Of a stretch of DNA of 64,000 nucleotides, positions 1 through 11,058 are shown in pieces. The stretch is from Squalus acanthias (Eukaryota): NCBI GenBank assembly GCA_030390025.1, contig CM059432.1, positions 4,464,001 to 4,528,000 of the forward strand. The letters are read 5' to 3'. How positions within the stretch are numbered: the stretch's first letter is position 1; each line of letters begins with the position of its first letter. The notes beneath the pieces are model-generated. The model saw only the letters and a list, made by a program, of their open reading frames with translations, was not told the DNA's origin and searched no databases. A program made the translations under genes and the position numbers.

Positions 1-774
1 TCAAGCCAGAGGTAACAAAGGCATGGATGAGGGTTTCAGCAGTGATGGGTCTCTAGAGCAGGGCTTGAACCCACCACCTACTGATTGACTGAAAGAGTGA
101 GAGTGGTGATCATACCCCCACTGAGCTAAGGCTTGCTTCGTTTAAGAAGGTAGATAAGCATTGCCTGCCATTCTCTTTTCTCTTTTGTGAGTTCAAAGAT
201 TGAGCATGACTTTGGTAAGATTGACTCCGGATGTTTTTTTTTTAGTCCGGTTATTATTCATGTCTGGTTAGATGAAGGAAGAAGAGTTGAATGAGTCAGA
301 AAAGACTTATCATAGTGTTGCAATGAAAATTAATGATGTAGGTGTTGCGAAAATGTATAAATATCAAAACCTGTCAATGTGTCATCCTAAATGATATGGA
401 GCAGCTGTTGAGAAGCATAGGAATTAGGTGCCGGGGTTTAGGATCTGACAGATATCCCGATGCATAATTGAAGGGTTGCTGTGTGCGTTGGGCACTGGGG
501 GCAGAAGGGACTATACCCAATCAATCAAAGAATGATTCTATCTATCATAGTAACTTACTTTTTTCCATGTTTTAATCTGTTTTGTAAATTACTAGCATTG
601 TTTTTATCACATTTGACGAAATCGATTGACTACTACATAATATACAACAGCAAACGGGACAAGTAACGGACAAGCTCTGCCCAAAACAGACTACACAGGT
701 TCAAATTTAACTTTTCTAATTAATTCAAGACCTTTCTGAGCTTTATAAACTTGCCATAAAAAATGTTAAGGATA

Positions 775-965
775 GCAAGAAAGATTTGCATTTATATAGC
801 ACCTTTCAGGGCATCACAGAGCGCTTTGCAACCAATGAAGTACTTTTTTTAATGCAAGTGGAGTCACTGTTGTAATGTGGGAAACGCGGCAGACCATTTG
901 CGCACAGCAAGCTCCCACAAACAACAATGAGACAAATGACCAGGTAATTTGCTTTAGTGATGGTA
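775..965 (-). mobile_element. Deu-domain SINE, 3' fragment
   Basis: Reverse complement of the SINE 3' half (gcgcacagcaagctcccacaaac..., ttgcatttatatagcacc), matching the other copies. Confidence 0.8.
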
Positions 966-1171
966 GTCTATCACTCCAAACGAGATCTGTGCCTGACTGA
1001 AATTAATGGCTGATCCACACTAAAGTAATGTGAAAGGAATTCACGGTTCCTCAGTGGAAAGCTACTCTGACTTTCCCCCAAGCATCTCATTGTCTAGTGT
1101 GAAGTATGGTAAACTCAAAAACCATCCAGTAGTCAAATAAATGCATTCTCTGAAAAGAGTAGACTAAGAGG

Positions 1172-1638
1172 AAAAGAAAGAAAGACTTGCATTTCTACAG
1201 CGCCTTTCACACATCCCAAAGCGCTTTACAGCCAATGAAATACTTTTGGAATGTAGTCACTGTTGTAATGTGGGAAACGCAGCAGCCAAATTGCGCACAG
1301 CAAGCTCCCACAAACAGCAATGTGATAATGACCAGATAATCTGTTTCTTTTAGTGATGTTGATTGAGAGATAAATATCGGCCAGGACACTGGAGATAACT
1401 CCCCTGCTCTTCTTCGAAATAGTGCCATGGGATCTTTTATGTCCACCTGAGGGGGCAGACGGGGCCTCAGTTTAACGTCTCATCCGAAAGACGGCACCTC
1501 TGACAGTGCAGCACTCCCTCAGCACTGCACTGGGAGTGTCAGCCTAGATTTTTGTGCTCAAGTCTCTGGCGTGGGACTTGAACCCACAACCTACTGACTC
1601 CGGGGTTAGAGTGCTGCCCACTGAGCTCCAGCTGACAC
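1172..1638 (-). mobile_element. tRNA-derived Deu-domain SINE (SacSINE1-like), full length
   Basis: On the minus strand: tRNA-like head with box A (GCTCAGTGG) and box B (GGTTCAAGTCC), central GATGAGACGTTAAACTGAGGCCCC...AAAGATCCCATGGCAC domain resembling the DeuSINE core, and 3' tail ...GGCGCTGTAGAAATGCAAGTCTTTC. Confidence 0.85.
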
Positions 1639-1639
1639 C

Positions 1640-2110
1640 CTTATAACCTGGAAACCTGATAGAGGTCTCCAAAATTATGAAGTGGTTTGATAGGGTGAGT
1701 AGAATTACATAGAATGTACAGCACAGAAACAGGCCATTCAGCCCATGCCGGTGTTTATGCTCCACACGAGCCTCCTCTCAGCTCTCTTCATCTCACCCGA
1801 TCAGCATAACCTTTTATTCCGTTCTCCCTCATGTACTTATCTAGCTTCTCCTAAAATGCATCTTTGCGATTTGCCTCAACCACTCCATGTGGTAGCGAGC
1901 TCCACATTCTAACCACTCTCTGGGCAGACGTAGAGAAGATGTTTCCCCCTTGCAGGTGAGTCCAGAACAAGGGGACATAAATATAAGATAACCATTAATA
2001 ACCAACTTCGGAGGAATTTCTTCACACAGAATGGTGAGAATGTGGAGCTCGCTGTCAGATGGAATGGTTGAAGCAGAAAGCATTGATGCATTTAAGGTAG
2101 GCTTGATGCA
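1640..2110. mobile_element. Cluster of CR1 3'-end fragments in both orientations
   Basis: NFFTQR-type coding remnants; minus-strand 3' UTR and tail at ~1705-1925. Confidence 0.75.
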
Positions 2111-2112
2111 AA

Positions 2113-2770
2113 CAGTAATATTACTGGACCAGTAATCCAGAGACCTGAACTAATACGCCAGAAAACATGGGTTCAAGTTCCACTTTGACAGTTTGAGGAT
2201 ATGAATTCAATTTTTAAAAAATCTGAGAATAAATAAAAAAGTTATCAGTAAAAGTGACCGTGAAGCTGTCGGATTGTCGTAAAAACCCATCTGGTTCACT
2301 AATGTCCTTTAGGGAAGGAAATCTGCCGCCCTTACCCGGTCTGGCCGATATGGTGAGAATGTGAAGGTTTAGAGGGGATTTGAGGAGAACTTTGTTCACC
2401 CAGAGGGTGGTGGGGGTCTGGAACTCACTGCCTGAAAAGGTGGTAGAGGCAGAAACCCTCATCGCATTTAAAAAGTACTATGGATGTGCACTTGAAGTGC
2501 CGTAACCTCCAGGGGTACGGACCAAGAGCTGGAAAGTGGGATTAGGCTGGATAGCTTCTTTGTCGGCCGGCACAGACAAGATGGGACGAATGGCCTCCTT
2601 CTGTGCTGTAAGTTTCTATGATATGTGACTCCAGACCCACAGCAAAGTGATTGACTCTTAACTGCCCCTCTGAAGTGTTCCAGCGAGCCACTCAGTTTCA
2701 GGGCAACTAGGAATGGGCAATAAATCCTGGCCTTGCGAATGACGCCCACATCCTGAGAAGCATTTTTTTT
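2113..2770 (+). mobile_element. Second SINE family (tRNA-type head), interrupted by a CR1 3' end at ~2353-2620
   Basis: Head ...actggaccagtaatccagag...gggttcaag; core aaaaacccatctggttcactaatgtcctttagggaagg; tail gggcaataaat...gacgcccacatcc. The CR1 insertion is flanked by GATATG on both sides. Confidence 0.75.
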
Positions 2771-2774
2771 TAAC

Positions 2775-3200
2775 TGAGGGAGCAATTGAGGTTTTTAAGA
2801 CGATTAAAGAATTTGATAGGATAGGTAGAGAGAAACTATTTCCTCTGGTTGGGGGGGGGGCGTCCAGAAACAAGGGGGGCATAACCTTAACATTTAGAGC
2901 CAGGCCATTCAGGGGTGATGTCAGGAAGCACTTCTTCACACAAAGGGTGGTGGAAATTGGGAAATCTCTCCCCCAAAAAGCTGTTGAGGCTGGGGGGTCA
3001 ATTGAAAATTTCAAAACTGAGAGTGATAGATTTTTGTTGGGTAAGGGTATTAAGGGTTACCGCCTGCTGCCCTTGTCCCTCTCGGTGGTAGAGGCCGTGC
3101 GTTTGGGAGGTGGGACGAGGCGTGTGAGGATTATAAACACTGGCATAGACCACTTGGGCTGAATGGCCTGTTCCAGTGCTGTAAATTCTATGTATGTGAT
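2775..3200 (+). mobile_element. CR1 3' fragment
   Basis: KHFFTQRVV...WK-type remnant followed by the CR1 3' UTR (gggctgaatggcctg...ctatgtatg). Confidence 0.8.
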
Positions 3201-3414
3201 GCTTCGACTTAAAATTGTGACGCATCTCTAATCAATAATTAAAATTATCACCGACAACTATCAGATCAACTGGAACTGATGAACAAAGCAGAAATGTCGG
3301 AGCTAAGGACTGGATGGTGGGACAGAAGCTGCATCGTGTTAACATAAATGGCCAAATTGTGATTCACCAACATTTTCAGTGAAACTCCTTCTGGATAACA
3401 GACTATCACAGATG

Positions 3415-4815
3415 AATATGGTGTCCAATTCTGGGCACCGCAGGTTAGGAAGGATGTCAAGGTCGTGGAGAGGGTGCAGAGGAGATTTACTAGAATGGTA
3501 CCAGGGATGCAGGGACTTCAGTTACATGGAGAGACTGGAGAAGCTGGGGTTGTTCTCCTTGGAGCAGAGAAGGTTAAGGGGAGATTTGATAGAGGTGTTC
3601 AAAATCACGAAGGGTCTTGATAGAGTAAATAAGGAAAAACTGTTTCCAGTGACAGAAGGGTCGGTAACCAGAGGACACAGATTTAGGGAAATTGGTAAAA
3701 GAACCAGAGGGGAGATGAGGAGAATTTTTTTTACGCAGTGAGTTGTTATGATCTGGAACGCGCTGCCTGAAAGGGCGGTGGAAGCAGATTCAATAGTAAC
3801 TTTCAAAAGAGAATTCGATAAATACTTGAACAGGAACAAATAGCAGGGCTATGGGGAAAGAGCAGGGGGAGTGGGACTAATTGGAGAGCTCTTTCAAAGA
3901 GCCGGCACTGGCACGATGGGCTGGATTTTCCAAGCCCCGAGGAGGCGGGCATGGAGGCGGGACAGCCGGTAAACTCGGAGAAAGTGGGGGCGGATGGCAA
4001 ACCCGCCCCCATCCCGCCTCCGTGCCCTTTTGCCAGGAGGCGGGAAGATGTGCAGCTTCGGGTCCCGTCTCCTGGAGGCGGGAAAGGCATTTAATCCTTT
4101 TAACTGCCTGTTAACAGGTAGATAACAGGCAGAAAAAAGGATTAGTGCCATTTTACCTTCACAGGTGAAGGCTTCCCGACCTCGGAGAACCCCGCCAGGT
4201 TGGAGGAGACATGGAGGAGGTCTGCGGCGGTCGGAGGCACCTGGAAGTAAGGTGTAGAGGTGAGTGATGGGTGCAAGTGTGGAGTGGTAAGTATGTACGG
4301 TGAGTGATACGTTTTTAAAAATGTTCACTTACCTTGTTTTCTTCCTACAGCCTTCATCCACCCTGGATCGGGAGAGCCGACATCCTCCTTGTCGATTTCA
4401 CAGACTGGCTGTTGGATCCTCCGAACCAACAGCCATCTGAAATTTACAAAGTTGAAAGGTTTGATGAGTCCTGAAAACAAGGGCTCATCAAACTACAGAG
4501 AATGTCAGCGTTTGACAGCTTCACAGTGCTGTCAAATGCTGACCTTTCTTCTTTCAAGAAGTCTTGACAGATAGCACGTCTGACGTTGACGTGATCTGTC
4601 AGTGACTTCCTCCTTAATTGGCCTGCTGAGCCCGCAGGGCGGGCTTAACAAGCTCAATCAGGGGAAAATCCCTCTGGTTGGTCAGGCGAGGATGGAGGCG
4701 GGACATTGACATGACAAGCAGCAGTCCCGCCTCCAACTCACCTCCATTCACAAAATCCAGCCCAATGGGCCAAATGACCTCCTTCTGTGCTGTAGCATTC
4801 CATGACACTATGATA
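3415..4815 (+). mobile_element. CR1 3' fragment split by a MITE at 3918-4763
   Basis: ORF ...ERLEKLGLFSLEQRRLRGDLIEVFKI...FFTQ; the 3' UTR resumes after the MITE (gggccaaatgacctcc...catgacactatga). Confidence 0.9.
3918..4763. mobile_element. Non-autonomous PIF/Harbinger-type element (MITE)
   Basis: Perfect 12-bp TIR GGGCTGGATTTT...AAAATCCAGCCC; 3-bp TSD GAT/AAT (1 mismatch); repeated GGAGGCGGG subterminal motifs; related to 40697-41538. Confidence 0.85.
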
Positions 4816-4889
4816 ATATAACAATAAGTTTCTCACACAAAGCAACTCTTTCAGTGTAGGATATATCTACGGGTCCCAACTAATCGTTT

Positions 4890-5430
4890 CCACCATCTAC
4901 AAGACACAAGTAAGGAGTGTGATGGAATACTCTCCACATGTCTGGATGAGTGCAGCTCCAACAACACTCAAGAAGCTCGACACCATCCAGGACAAAGCAG
5001 CCCGCTTGATCGGCACCCCATCCACCACCTTAAACATTCACTCCCTCCACCACCGGCGCACCGTGGCTGCAGTGTGTACCATCTACAAGATGCACTGCAG
5101 CAACTCGCCAAGGCTTCTTCGGCAGCACCTCCCAAACCCGTGACCTCTACCACCTAGAAGGACAAGGGCGGCAGACGCATGGGAACACCACCACCTGCAA
5201 GTTCCCCTCCAAGTCACACACCATCCTGACTTGGAAATATATCGGCCGTTCCTTCATCGTCGCTGGGTCAAAATCGTGGAACTCCCTCCCTAACAGCACT
5301 GTGGGAGCACCTTCACCACACGGACTGCAGCGGTTCAAGAAGGCAGCTCACCACCACCTTCTCAAGGGCAACTAGGATGGGCAATAAATGCTGGCCTTGC
5401 CAGCGACGCCCACATCCCATGAAAGAATTT
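4890..5430 (+). mobile_element. 3' end of a CR1-group non-LTR retrotransposon (distinct from the main CR1; clade uncertain)
   Basis: ORF MEYSPHVWMSAAPTTLKKLDTIQDKAARLIG...HSLHHRRTVAAVCTIYKMH resembles an RT C-terminus; near-identical inverted copy at ~19715-20168; fragments at ~5900-6110 and 56603-56840. Confidence 0.8.
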
Positions 5431-6344
5431 TATTTTAAATCCCTTTATTTAAATTCTTATAAAATGCACTCCCTCTTGGGCTACATAGGTTTACACCACA
5501 AAAAATGTATTAACCAAATTATTCAGTGTAAGATTGGTTCCAGGCACATGTCTAAACATGCTGCACTGTTGCTGACCCTATTCATTCCAGAAATGTGCCT
5601 GGCTTCGGTCATGTACTTGTGATGGACTACGTATCTTTTAATGATATCCATGAGAGTTCACCAGCACCATTATGGGATGGCGCCAAGCCCCATGACTTGA
5701 GGTCACAATATTTCTTGTGCAGAGCTAAGAGGAAGCAAACTATGGAACAGTTTCTGTTGGAGCCGCGAATGAAACGAGGAACTAATTATGAGAAGGGTCC
5801 CATTAGGGAATGGACGTTCCTACTTAAAGGAAGACTTGCATTCCTACAGCGCCTTTCACAACCTCAGAACGTCCCAAAGCACATTACGGCCAATGAAGAA
5901 GGATCAAACCGGACGGACCACCCGGCATTGACCTCGGCACCAGATTCGGACACGACAAAGGCACAGCCAGCCCTGCAAAGTCCTCCTCACTCCTTCACCG
6001 CATGGACTGCAGCGGTTCAAGAAGGTGGCTCATCACCACCTCCTCGAGGGCAGTTAGGGATGGGCAATAAATGTCGGCCTTGCCAGTGACGCCCACATCC
6101 CGTGAATGTACTTTCGAAGCGCCGTGACTGCCGCAATGTACGATAGTCGGGTCAAAGGCATTTACTGGCTTTCATAGGGAGTAAGCATACAATGATAACT
6201 ATTATTAATAATAATTACACCTGTACTTAAGAGCACACTTATGATAAAATGAGTTACTGGAAAATTCACATGTTACACTTCACAAACTCAAGAGGTACGG
6301 CTGACTAGGCCTTGTCGAATTCTGAAGTATTTCATAGAGTCATA

Positions 6345-7235
6345 GGGGTAAAAATTCACTTGGTTGCGCCTCCCGTTAGCGCCTTAAGAGGGCGCTAATG
6401 GGGCGCAAAGCCGCTAACGCCCGGGCGCAGCGATGTTTGCGCCGCTCGAGAACTTAACTTGAGATTGTGCGGCGGCGCTAAAACTTACCGCTGCGACCAC
6501 CTGCGCGCGCAGATTGTGACGTCATTCCATGGTGCAACGCCCTTGGGGCGCCCCAGAGCGGAAATTGAGTGGCGCCCCCTGCCTTACAGCCTGGCGCTTC
6601 CAACGACCAGAAGACTGGAACGCTATCAATCGCTGTGGGGCTGGGGGGGGCGCTATTTAAAGGGGGCCTCTTCCGGTCTTTTATTGTTGGTGGCATTTTT
6701 GAACTACGCATTCTGAGAGAGAGAGGGAGAGACTTCTGGAGAGATTCAACGTTGTGTGAAGGAGTTTTGGGTACTGAGCAGCACTTTGCAGGTTCATTTT
6801 GATTTGCCATTCCTTGTATCGATTTAGCAGAGACCGTGGGAGCTGCACTCTGAGCTCTTTGCCTGGTACTCTCCATTGTTCTTTCCAGCACATTTGATGT
6901 GCAAGTCTCTCCAGGCCGAGATTCAAGGCAGCAATGAACAGGATGTGGATGGAAAGCAAGATTAACCATCCCTTTAAGAACTGGCCCATGCCATTGTGTG
7001 TGTGTTCCATTGCTGACTGACATTACATGAGCTTCGCCAGCGCTCGAGTTAGCGCCTCACTCCTTGGCCTTTGCGCCTTAAGAGAGGTGTGCAGCGCCTG
7101 CTTTAGCGCTCCACTCACCTCCCGGGGCGGTAAAAGTGAAGTTTCCTGTCAGTGCCGATAATTAGCGCCAGGCGCTAATATTTGCGTCCGGACGATATTT
7201 GCGCCCCAAATGGGGCGCGACCTAATTTCTACCCC
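6345..7235 (-). mobile_element. ~890-bp Harbinger-type MITE, family A, copy 1 (orientation relative to the other copies)
   Basis: TIR GGGGTAAAAATT...AATTTCTACCCC, TSD ATA; highly similar to 7247-8142, 31454-32346 and 34634-35526. Confidence 0.9.
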
Positions 7236-7246
7236 ATAGAGTCATA

Positions 7247-8142
7247 GGGGTAGAAATTCAGTATCGCCCCATTTGGGGCGCAATTATCGGCCGGGCGCAA
7301 AGTGTAGCGCCTGGCGCTAATTATCGCCTCTGACTGCAAACTTGACTTTTATCGCCCCGTGAGGTGATTGGAGCGCTAAATCAGTCGCTTCACACCTGTC
7401 TTAAGACGCTAAGGCCGAGGAGCGAGGCGCTACCTCAGAGCGCTGGCGAAGCTCATGTGATGTCAGTCAGCAATGGAACACAGACACACTGGCGCCGGCC
7501 AGTTCTTAAAGGGGAGGGTTGATCTTGCTCTCCATCCACATCCTGCTCATTGCAGCCTCGAATCTTGTCCTGGAGAAACCTGTACATCAAATCTGCTGGA
7601 AAGAACAATGGAGAGGCCCAGGGAAAGAACTCAGAATGCAGCCCCCAAAGTCTCTTCTAAATTGAATAAGGAAGGTCAAATCAAAATGAACCTGCAAAGT
7701 GCTGCTCAGTACCCAAAACTCCTTCACACAGCGTTGAATCTCTCCAGAAGTCTCTCTCTCTCTCTCTCTCAGAATGCGTGGTGCAAAAATGTCACCGACA
7801 AAAAAAGGCAGGAAGCGGTCGCCTTTAAATAGCACTCCCCCAGTCCCTTCCCGACTGCAAAACGTTTCCCTCAACCTGTCATTGCTAGCGGCAGGCGGTA
7901 AGGCAGGGGGCGCCACTCAATATCCGGTCCGGGGCGCTACCGGGGGCGTTGCACGCTCGACTGACGTCACGATCTGCCGGCGCAGGAGATCGTGGCGGTA
8001 GTGTTTAGCGCCGCCGCAAAATGTCTGGTCAATTTCGCGAGCGGCGCAAACATCGCTGCGCCCGGGCGCTAGTTGCTTTGTGCCCCATTAGCACCCTCTT
8101 AAGGCGCTAACGGGAGGCGTAAACCAACCAAATTTTTCTCCC
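7247..8142 (+). mobile_element. ~890-bp Harbinger-type MITE, family A, copy 2
   Basis: TIR GGGGTAGAAATT...AATTTTTCTCCC, TSD ATA; inverted relative to copy 1 with an 11-bp spacer. Confidence 0.9.
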
Positions 8143-8235
8143 ATAGAGTCATAACGGCACAGAAGGAGGCCATTCGGCCCATCGAGTCCGTGCCAGCTCA
8201 CTGTAGAGCAATCCAGTCAGTCCCATTCCCCCGCT

Positions 8236-11000
8236 CTATCCCCGCAAGTTTATTTCCCTCAAGTGCCTATCCAGTCTCCCCTTGAAAACTTTGAGTGTCT
8301 CCGCTTCCACCACTTCCGTCGACAGCGAGTTCCAGGTCCTCATCACTCGCTGCGTAAAAAAGTTTTTCCTCACATCCCCCCTGTATCTCTTGCCCAAAAC
8401 CTTAAATCTGTGTCCCCTAGTCCTTGTCCCATCAATTAGTGGGAACAGCCTTTCACCATCTAGCCTATCCAAACCCGTAATAATCTTGTACACCTCTATC
8501 AAATCACCCCTCAACCTCCATTGCTCTAATGAAAACAAATCCAGCTTCTCCAATCTGTCCTTGTAGCTAAGATCTCCCATCCCCGGAACCATTCTGGTAA
8601 ATCTCCTCTGCACCCTCTCGAGGGCCTTCACATCCTTCCTAAAGTGTGGTGACCAGAACTGGATGCAATGCTTCAGTTGTGGCCTAACCAGCGCTTTATA
8701 AAGGTTCAGCATAACTTCACTACTTTTGTACTCAATACCTCTATTTATGAAACCCAAGATCCCATTTGCTTTGCTAACCACTCTCAATATGTCCCGCCAC
8801 CTTCAGGGACCTATGCACATTAACTCCCAGGTCCCTCTGTCCCTGCACACTCTTTAAAACTGTGCCATTAAGTGTACATTGCCTCTCCCTGTTCCTTCTG
8901 CCAAAATGCATCATCTCACACTTCTCTGTATTAAATTCCATCTGCCACCTGTCTGCCCATTCTGCTAGCCTTTCTATGTCCTGTTGCAGTCGATTGGTAT
9001 CATCCTCACTGTATGCCACACCCCCAAGTTTGGTGTCATCAGCAAATTTAGAAATTCCACTCTGTATTCCAATATCCAGGTCATTTATATCTATCAAAAA
9101 AAGCAGTGGCCCCAGCACTGACCCTTGGGGAACACCACTGTCTACCATCCTCCAGTCTGAAAAACAGCCATTTACTACAACTCACTGTTTTCTGTCCTTA
9201 AGCCAATTCCTTATCCAAGCTGCCACTGACCCACCTATTCCATGAGCCTCAATTTTCTTAACCAGCCTTCTATGTGGTACTTTGTTAAATGCCTTCCTAA
9301 AATCCATGTAGACAACATCCATTGCATTCTCTTCATCAATCCTCCCTGATACTTCATCAAAAAATTCAATTAGATTATTCAAACACGATCTGCCTTTTAC
9401 AAATTGTGTTGGCTCTCCTTAATTAGCTTAAACTTCTCCAAGTGCCCGTTAATTTTTTCCTTGATTATTGTTTCTAAAACTTTACCCACCACTGATATTA
9501 AACTGTAGTTATTAGGATTGTCCTTACACCCTTTCTTGAACAATGGTGTCACATTTGCCACTTTCCAATCCTCAGGCACCTCCCCCGCATCTAGGGAAGA
9601 TTGGAAAATTATGGTAAGCCCTTCCTCTATCTCCTCCCCCAATTCCCTTAGCAACCTGGGATGCAAGCCATCTGGACCAGGCGACTTATCCACTCGAAGC
9701 ATACCCAGCCTTTCGAGTACATCCTGTCTATCAATTTTCACCCCTTCCATTGCTTCTACTTTTTCCACTTCTACCGATATTTTGTCAGCATCTACCTCCT
9801 TAGTAAACACCGATACAAAGTACTCATTGAGTATTCTAGCCTTGCCCTGCGCCTCTAAGCATGTATCACCTTCTTTGTCCCTAATAGGCCCCACCCCGCC
9901 TCTTACTACCCGCTTACTGTTAACATGCCGGTAGAAGATTTTTGGGTTCCCTTTTATGTTAACCGCCATTCTACTCTCATATTCACTCTTTGCCAATCTT
10001 ATTTTCATCTTCACTTCCCCTCTCAACTTATTGTATTTGGTCTGGTTCTCCCTTGAAGAATTCACCTGACATTCATCATACACCCTCTTTTTTTGTTTCA
10101 TCATCTTCTCAATCTCCCTCGTCATCCAAGGAGCCCATGCTTTGGTTCCTTTACCCTTCCCTCTTGTTGGAATGTACCTAACCTGTACTTGGAACATCTC
10201 CTCCTTAAAGATCACCCGTTGTTCCATTACAGTTTTTCCTGTCAGTCTTCGGTTCCATTTTACCCTGGCTAGTTCCTTTCACATCCCATTGAAGTTAGCC
10301 CTATTCCAGTTTAGAAGTTCCACTCTAGATTGTTCCTTGCTCCTCTCCATTGCTAATCTAAATCTTATGATACGATGATCTGTTCTCCCACAGACACTTG
10401 GTCAACCTGGCAAACCTCATTCCCCAGCACCAGATCCAGCAATGCCTCCTTCCTAGTCGGGCCAAGAACATACTGGTCAAGGAAGTTCTCCTGAACACAT
10501 TTCAGAAATTTCTCCCCCTCCTTTCCCTTTACCCTAGCATTATCCCAATCAATATTTGGGTAATTAAAGTCCCCCAATATCACCACTCTATAGCTCTTGC
10601 ATATATCTGTGATTTCCCTGCAGATTTGCTCCTCTACCTCCCTCTCACTATTTGGAGGCCTGTAGAATACCCCCAATAGCATGATCATACCCTTTTTGCT
10701 CCTCAACTCTAACCAAATGGATTCTGTCCTTGTCCCCTCAAGAACATCCTCCCTTTCCAACACTACAATGTCTTCCTTCATCAGCACTGCCACCCCACCT
10801 CCCTTTTTTCCTTCCCTTTCTTTTCTGAACACCTTTTACCCTTGAATATTAAGTGCCCAGTCCTCACCGTTTTTAAGCCACGTTTCCGTTATTGCCACAA
10901 CATCATATTGCCACACAGCTAATTGTGTTTGTAGCTCACCAACCTTATTCACCACACTTTGTGCATTTACGTACATGCATTCTAAACCAATTTTTGAATT
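8236..11000 (-). pseudogene. CR1 ORF2 (AP endonuclease + reverse transcriptase), frameshifted
   Basis: Broken into ORFs 10836-11153, 10365-10832, 9397-10227, 9182-9382, 8774-9148 and 8236-8787, with the EN and RT motifs in order. Confidence 0.92.
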
Positions 11001-11058
11001 TTTCGTAGTCTTTCTTAGTCTGTTCCTATCTAATATGGCACTACTTCTGCCTCCAGCA

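Noticed and set aside
5595..6089. 164-aa ORF
   Set aside because: A chimera of unique sequence, a SINE tail and LINE fragments; no domain recognised.
8862..10679. Long plus-strand ORFs opposite the CR1
   Set aside because: Antisense shadow frames of CR1 ORF2, seen in every copy.
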